This document shows positions 61,197 through 64,000 of a stretch of 64,000 nucleotides of DNA, in pieces. Positions within the stretch are counted from its first letter, which is position 1. The number at the start of each line of letters is the position of its first letter. The notes beneath the pieces were generated by a model. The model searched no databases. It saw only the letters and a list, made by a program, of their open reading frames with translations, and had not been told where the DNA came from. Source of the stretch: Lysobacterales bacterium (GTDB lineage: Bacteria > Pseudomonadota > Gammaproteobacteria > Xanthomonadales > SZUA-5); contig JAWLAT010000004.1 in the NCBI GenBank assembly GCA_041395325.1, forward strand, positions 230,684-294,683, written 5' to 3'. The translations under genes were made by a program, and so were the position numbers.

Positions 61197-64000
61197 ACAC
61201 ACCGGCCGAACTCGATTGGCGCCGCCTGCCACTGTCCGGCATCTCGCTGGTGGAGGCGAGCGCCGGCACCGGCAAGACCTACAACATCGCGTTGCTGTAT
61301 CTGCGCCTGTTGCTGGAGCAAGGCCTGACCGTACAGCAGGTATTGGTCACCACCTTCACCGAGGCGGCTGCGCAGGAATTGAAGGCGCGCATCCGGCAGC
61401 GCTTGCTGGACGCACTGGATCAGCTGCGACCGGGTGCGCCACATACGGATCCAGAACTGGCGGAGTTTCTGCGTGAGTTGGCCGATCAGAGCGAATCGGC
61501 GACGTTGCTCCTGCGGGTGCGTCAGGCTCTGGCCGACATCGACCTGGCGCCGATTTCGACCATCCACGGCTGCTGTCGTCGCATTCTGGCGGACTTTCCT
61601 TTCGCTGCGGGCGCACCCTTTGTGCTCGGCGAGATCGTCGACGGCCCCGCGCTGGAGGCCGAGTGCGTCGAGGACTACTGGCGTCAGCAGTTCCTCACTG
61701 GCGCCGAGCCTGCGCAAGCGGCCATTGCCGGCCGGCGGAGCGAGCTGCGGACGCTCATCCAGCGGGTCCGTGCGATGCGTGCCTTGCCCGCCGAGCGGGT
61801 GCTGCTGCCGCGACCCGATGCGCTCGATCTGCCGCCAGCCTTGCGGGGTGTCGACGGGCCGCAGGCCATTGCCGATCTGCTGGCGAAAGGCCAGCTGTTC
61901 AGACCACGGGCGAGTGCCTTGCGCGACCGATTGCATCGCTTGCGGCAGTTTCTGCTGCAGCAGCTGCAGTCCCCGAGCGACGCCGTCTTTGATGATCTGG
62001 ACAAACTGCACGAATACCTGTCGAGCAAACTGCCGTCGCAGGCCGATCCGGCTCGGCCAGAGGGCTTGTTGCAGCATCCGTTGATTGCCGAACTGCTCCG
62101 CTGGGTGGAAGCGCAACGGGACCGTGTTCAGATCGAGCTGACCTGGCTGGCTGCCCGAGCGCGCACCTTCGTTGACGTCGAGCTGCCGCGCCGACTGGCG
62201 CTGCGCCGGCAGAGCACCTTCGACCAGCTGATCGCGACAGTGCACGAACGACTGGCAGGCGAGGGCGGGGAAGGCCTGGCCGCCCAATTGGCTCAGGCCT
62301 GGCCAGCCGTGCTGATCGACGAATTTCAGGATACCGATCGTCGCCAGTGGGAGATCTTCGAGGCGATTCACTCGGCTGCCAGGCCCGCCGAGGGGGTGTC
62401 CGACAGGCACGGCCTGATCCTGATTGGCGACCCGAAGCAGTCTATCTATGCCTTTCGAGGTGGCGACATCGCGACCTACCTGGCCGTGCGCGATGCCTTG
62501 CCGGTGGCTCGTGTGCACTCGATCAGGCGCAACTATCGCTCACATCCGCAGCTGCTGGCGGGGCTGAATGCAGTGTATGCCCTGGCTGGATCGGTGGCTT
62601 TCGCCGATTCCGGCATCGAACCGGTGCCCGTCAGTGCGGGTGACCCGGCGCGCTGGACGCCGCTGGCCAGGGGCCAGGCTCTGCAACTCTGTGTGCTGAG
62701 TGGTGAGGGCAATCGGTCGCAGCGGGACCAACAGGTGCTGGCTGCCTGTGCCGACGACGTGGCCGCGTTGCTGGCCGAGGGACAGGTTCAGCCTGGGCAG
62801 ATCGCGGTGCTGCTGGACACCAATGTGCAGATCCGTCAGCTGCGTGCGGCGCTGACCGCGCGCGGCGTGCCGGTGGTCGGGGCCGGCCGCGCCGACGTGT
62901 TGTCGACCGAGTGGGCCGACGATGTGCAATTGCTGCTGCATGCGCTGCTTCATCCCAGTGACGGGGCTGCCCTGCGCGGGGCCCTGGCGACCCGCCTGCT
63001 CGGGTTGACGGCGAACGATCTGCTGCAGCTCAGTGCCGACGCAGCAGCCTGGGATGCGCAGCTTGATCGGGCGGCTCACTGGCGCTTCCTGTGGGATAGC
63101 CTCGGTGTGCTGGCGGTGATCGAGGCCGTCGTCGTGGAACAGGCGCCGCGGTTGCTGGCCGATGCCGACGGTGAGCGTGCACTGACCGATCTGCGGCACA
63201 TCGGGGAGGTCCTGCAGGCCTTGTCCGGCGAGTGTTTCGGCCCCGCCGAGCTTTATGCCCGCCTCGTCGCGCTGCGGCGGGAGGGCAGCGAGCAGCACGA
63301 GGCGGCCCAGGCCCTGCAACTGCGCATCGAGAGCGAAGCGCAGCGGGTGCAGTTGCTGACCGTGCATGCCAGCAAGGGTCTGGAGTTCCCCTGGGTGTTC
63401 CTGCCGATGGCCTGGCGCTATCGGCAGCCGCGTTCCGACATTCCGCAGGGGCAGGCCCGTTTCCACGATGCCCAGGGTCGCTTGTGGCTCGATCTGGGTT
63501 CGCCGGATCTGGCGCAACATCAGGCGCTGGAGCGGCAGGAAGCGTTGGCCGAGCGGATGCGACTGTTGTACGTGGCGCTGACCCGCGCCGAACTGGTTAA
63601 CCGGCTCTACGCCTTCGATGATCTGGTGCCCAGTCGGGACAGCACGGACACCGAGCGTGGCGCCCTGGTGGTACTGCTCGCCTCGGCCATGGCAAGCCAG
63701 GATCAGGGTGAGGATCTTGCTGCGTTGGCCGAGGCGGTGCCTGAGCTGAGTCTGCGAGTGGCTGCCGATGCGACCCAACTGCGACCGCCACCCACTGTGT
63801 CCAGGCCACGCCAGGCGCGCCGACCGCTACCCTCGGTGCGGCGGGACTACGCGCTGTACAGCTTTACCAGCCTGATGCGCCAGGGCGCCGACGCTTTGGG
63901 CCAGCAGAGTGCGGCGATCGACGAGTTGCCGATCGCCAGTTTGGCGACGGCGCAGATCGACTCCGATTCGGCGCATCCGGAATTGCTCGCACTGGCCGCG
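61193..64000 (+). CDS. recB: exodeoxyribonuclease V beta subunit (3' end outside window)
   Basis: It is not in the ORF track because it has no stop inside the window. My translation from the ATG at 61193 gives MNTPAELDWRRLPLSGISLVEASAGTGKTYNIALLYLRLLLEQ, the UvrD-like helicase motifs, then VHASKGLEFP. The ATG overlaps the recC TGA. Confidence 0.85.
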   Translation, partial: MNTPAELDWRRLPLSGISLVEASAGTGKTYNIALLYLRLLLEQGLTVQQVLVTTFTEAAAQELKARIRQRLLDALDQLRPGAPHTDPELAEFLRELADQSESATLLLRVRQALADIDLAPISTIHGCCRRILADFPFAAGAPFVLGEIVDGPALEAECVEDYWRQQFLTGAEPAQAAIAGRRSELRTLIQRVRAMRALPAERVLLPRPDALDLPPALRGVDGPQAIADLLAKGQLFRPRASALRDRLHRLRQFLLQQLQSPSDAVFDDLDKLHEYLSSKLPSQADPARPEGLLQHPLIAELLRWVEAQRDRVQIELTWLAARARTFVDVELPRRLALRRQSTFDQLIATVHERLAGEGGEGLAAQLAQAWPAVLIDEFQDTDRRQWEIFEAIHSAARPAEGVSDRHGLILIGDPKQSIYAFRGGDIATYLAVRDALPVARVHSIRRNYRSHPQLLAGLNAVYALAGSVAFADSGIEPVPVSAGDPARWTPLARGQALQLCVLSGEGNRSQRDQQVLAACADDVAALLAEGQVQPGQIAVLLDTNVQIRQLRAALTARGVPVVGAGRADVLSTEWADDVQLLLHALLHPSDGAALRGALATRLLGLTANDLLQLSADAAAWDAQLDRAAHWRFLWDSLGVLAVIEAVVVEQAPRLLADADGERALTDLRHIGEVLQALSGECFGPAELYARLVALRREGSEQHEAAQALQLRIESEAQRVQLLTVHASKGLEFPWVFLPMAWRYRQPRSDIPQGQARFHDAQGRLWLDLGSPDLAQHQALERQEALAERMRLLYVALTRAELVNRLYAFDDLVPSRDSTDTERGALVVLLASAMASQDQGEDLAALAEAVPELSLRVAADATQLRPPPTVSRPRQARRPLPSVRRDYALYSFTSLMRQGADALGQQSAAIDELPIASLATAQIDSDSAHPELLALAA

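Noticed and set aside
62540-63778. 412-aa ORF antisense to recB
   Set aside because: The RecB reading frame is continuous with conserved helicase and nuclease motifs. The antisense ORF is an artefact.

Overview
This 64-kb window is a high-GC (about 67-70%) gammaproteobacterial chromosomal segment with about 60 protein genes; I found no rRNA, tRNA or CRISPR by eye. The xps-type T2SS pseudopilin operon, hfq-hflX, purEK, purMN and recCB suggest a Xanthomonadales/Nevskiales-like organism, but that taxonomy is inference. Most genes are housekeeping: deaD, ompW, dgkA, TerC, photolyase, rsmE, bioA, gspGHIJKLMN fused to hisN-like/nudF/cysQ, nadK, nadC, sodB, hda, hfq-hflX, an H+-pyrophosphatase and recC/recB.

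The standout is a minus-strand six-gene cluster at 45869-55691. It encodes a YjfI-like DUF2170 protein, a PspA/IM30 (ESCRT-III superfamily) YjfJ-like protein, a 113-aa unknown protein, an NfeD-like membrane protein, a 692-aa flotillin/SPFH protein and a 1768-aa protein with one AAA+ ATPase core. The E. coli yjfKLMC partners are replaced here by the SPFH/NfeD pair and the giant ATPase. I propose this as a candidate membrane-remodelling, envelope-stress or defence module.

The cluster is bordered by a REP-associated tyrosine transposase (RAYT) gene with inverted REP-like flanks. It is also punctuated by a dispersed family of GGGCYCA heptamer tandem-repeat arrays that form MITE-like inverted pairs. 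A second small inverted-repeat element, or operator array, built from the repeated GTTCCAGTNGC motif sits between the flotillin and giant-ATPase genes. Other notable points are a frameshifted SDR gene, several non-ATG or overlapping start/stop junctions, and two divergently transcribed secreted proteins next to the T2SS genes. All family assignments rest on motif recognition from the translations; no database search was possible.
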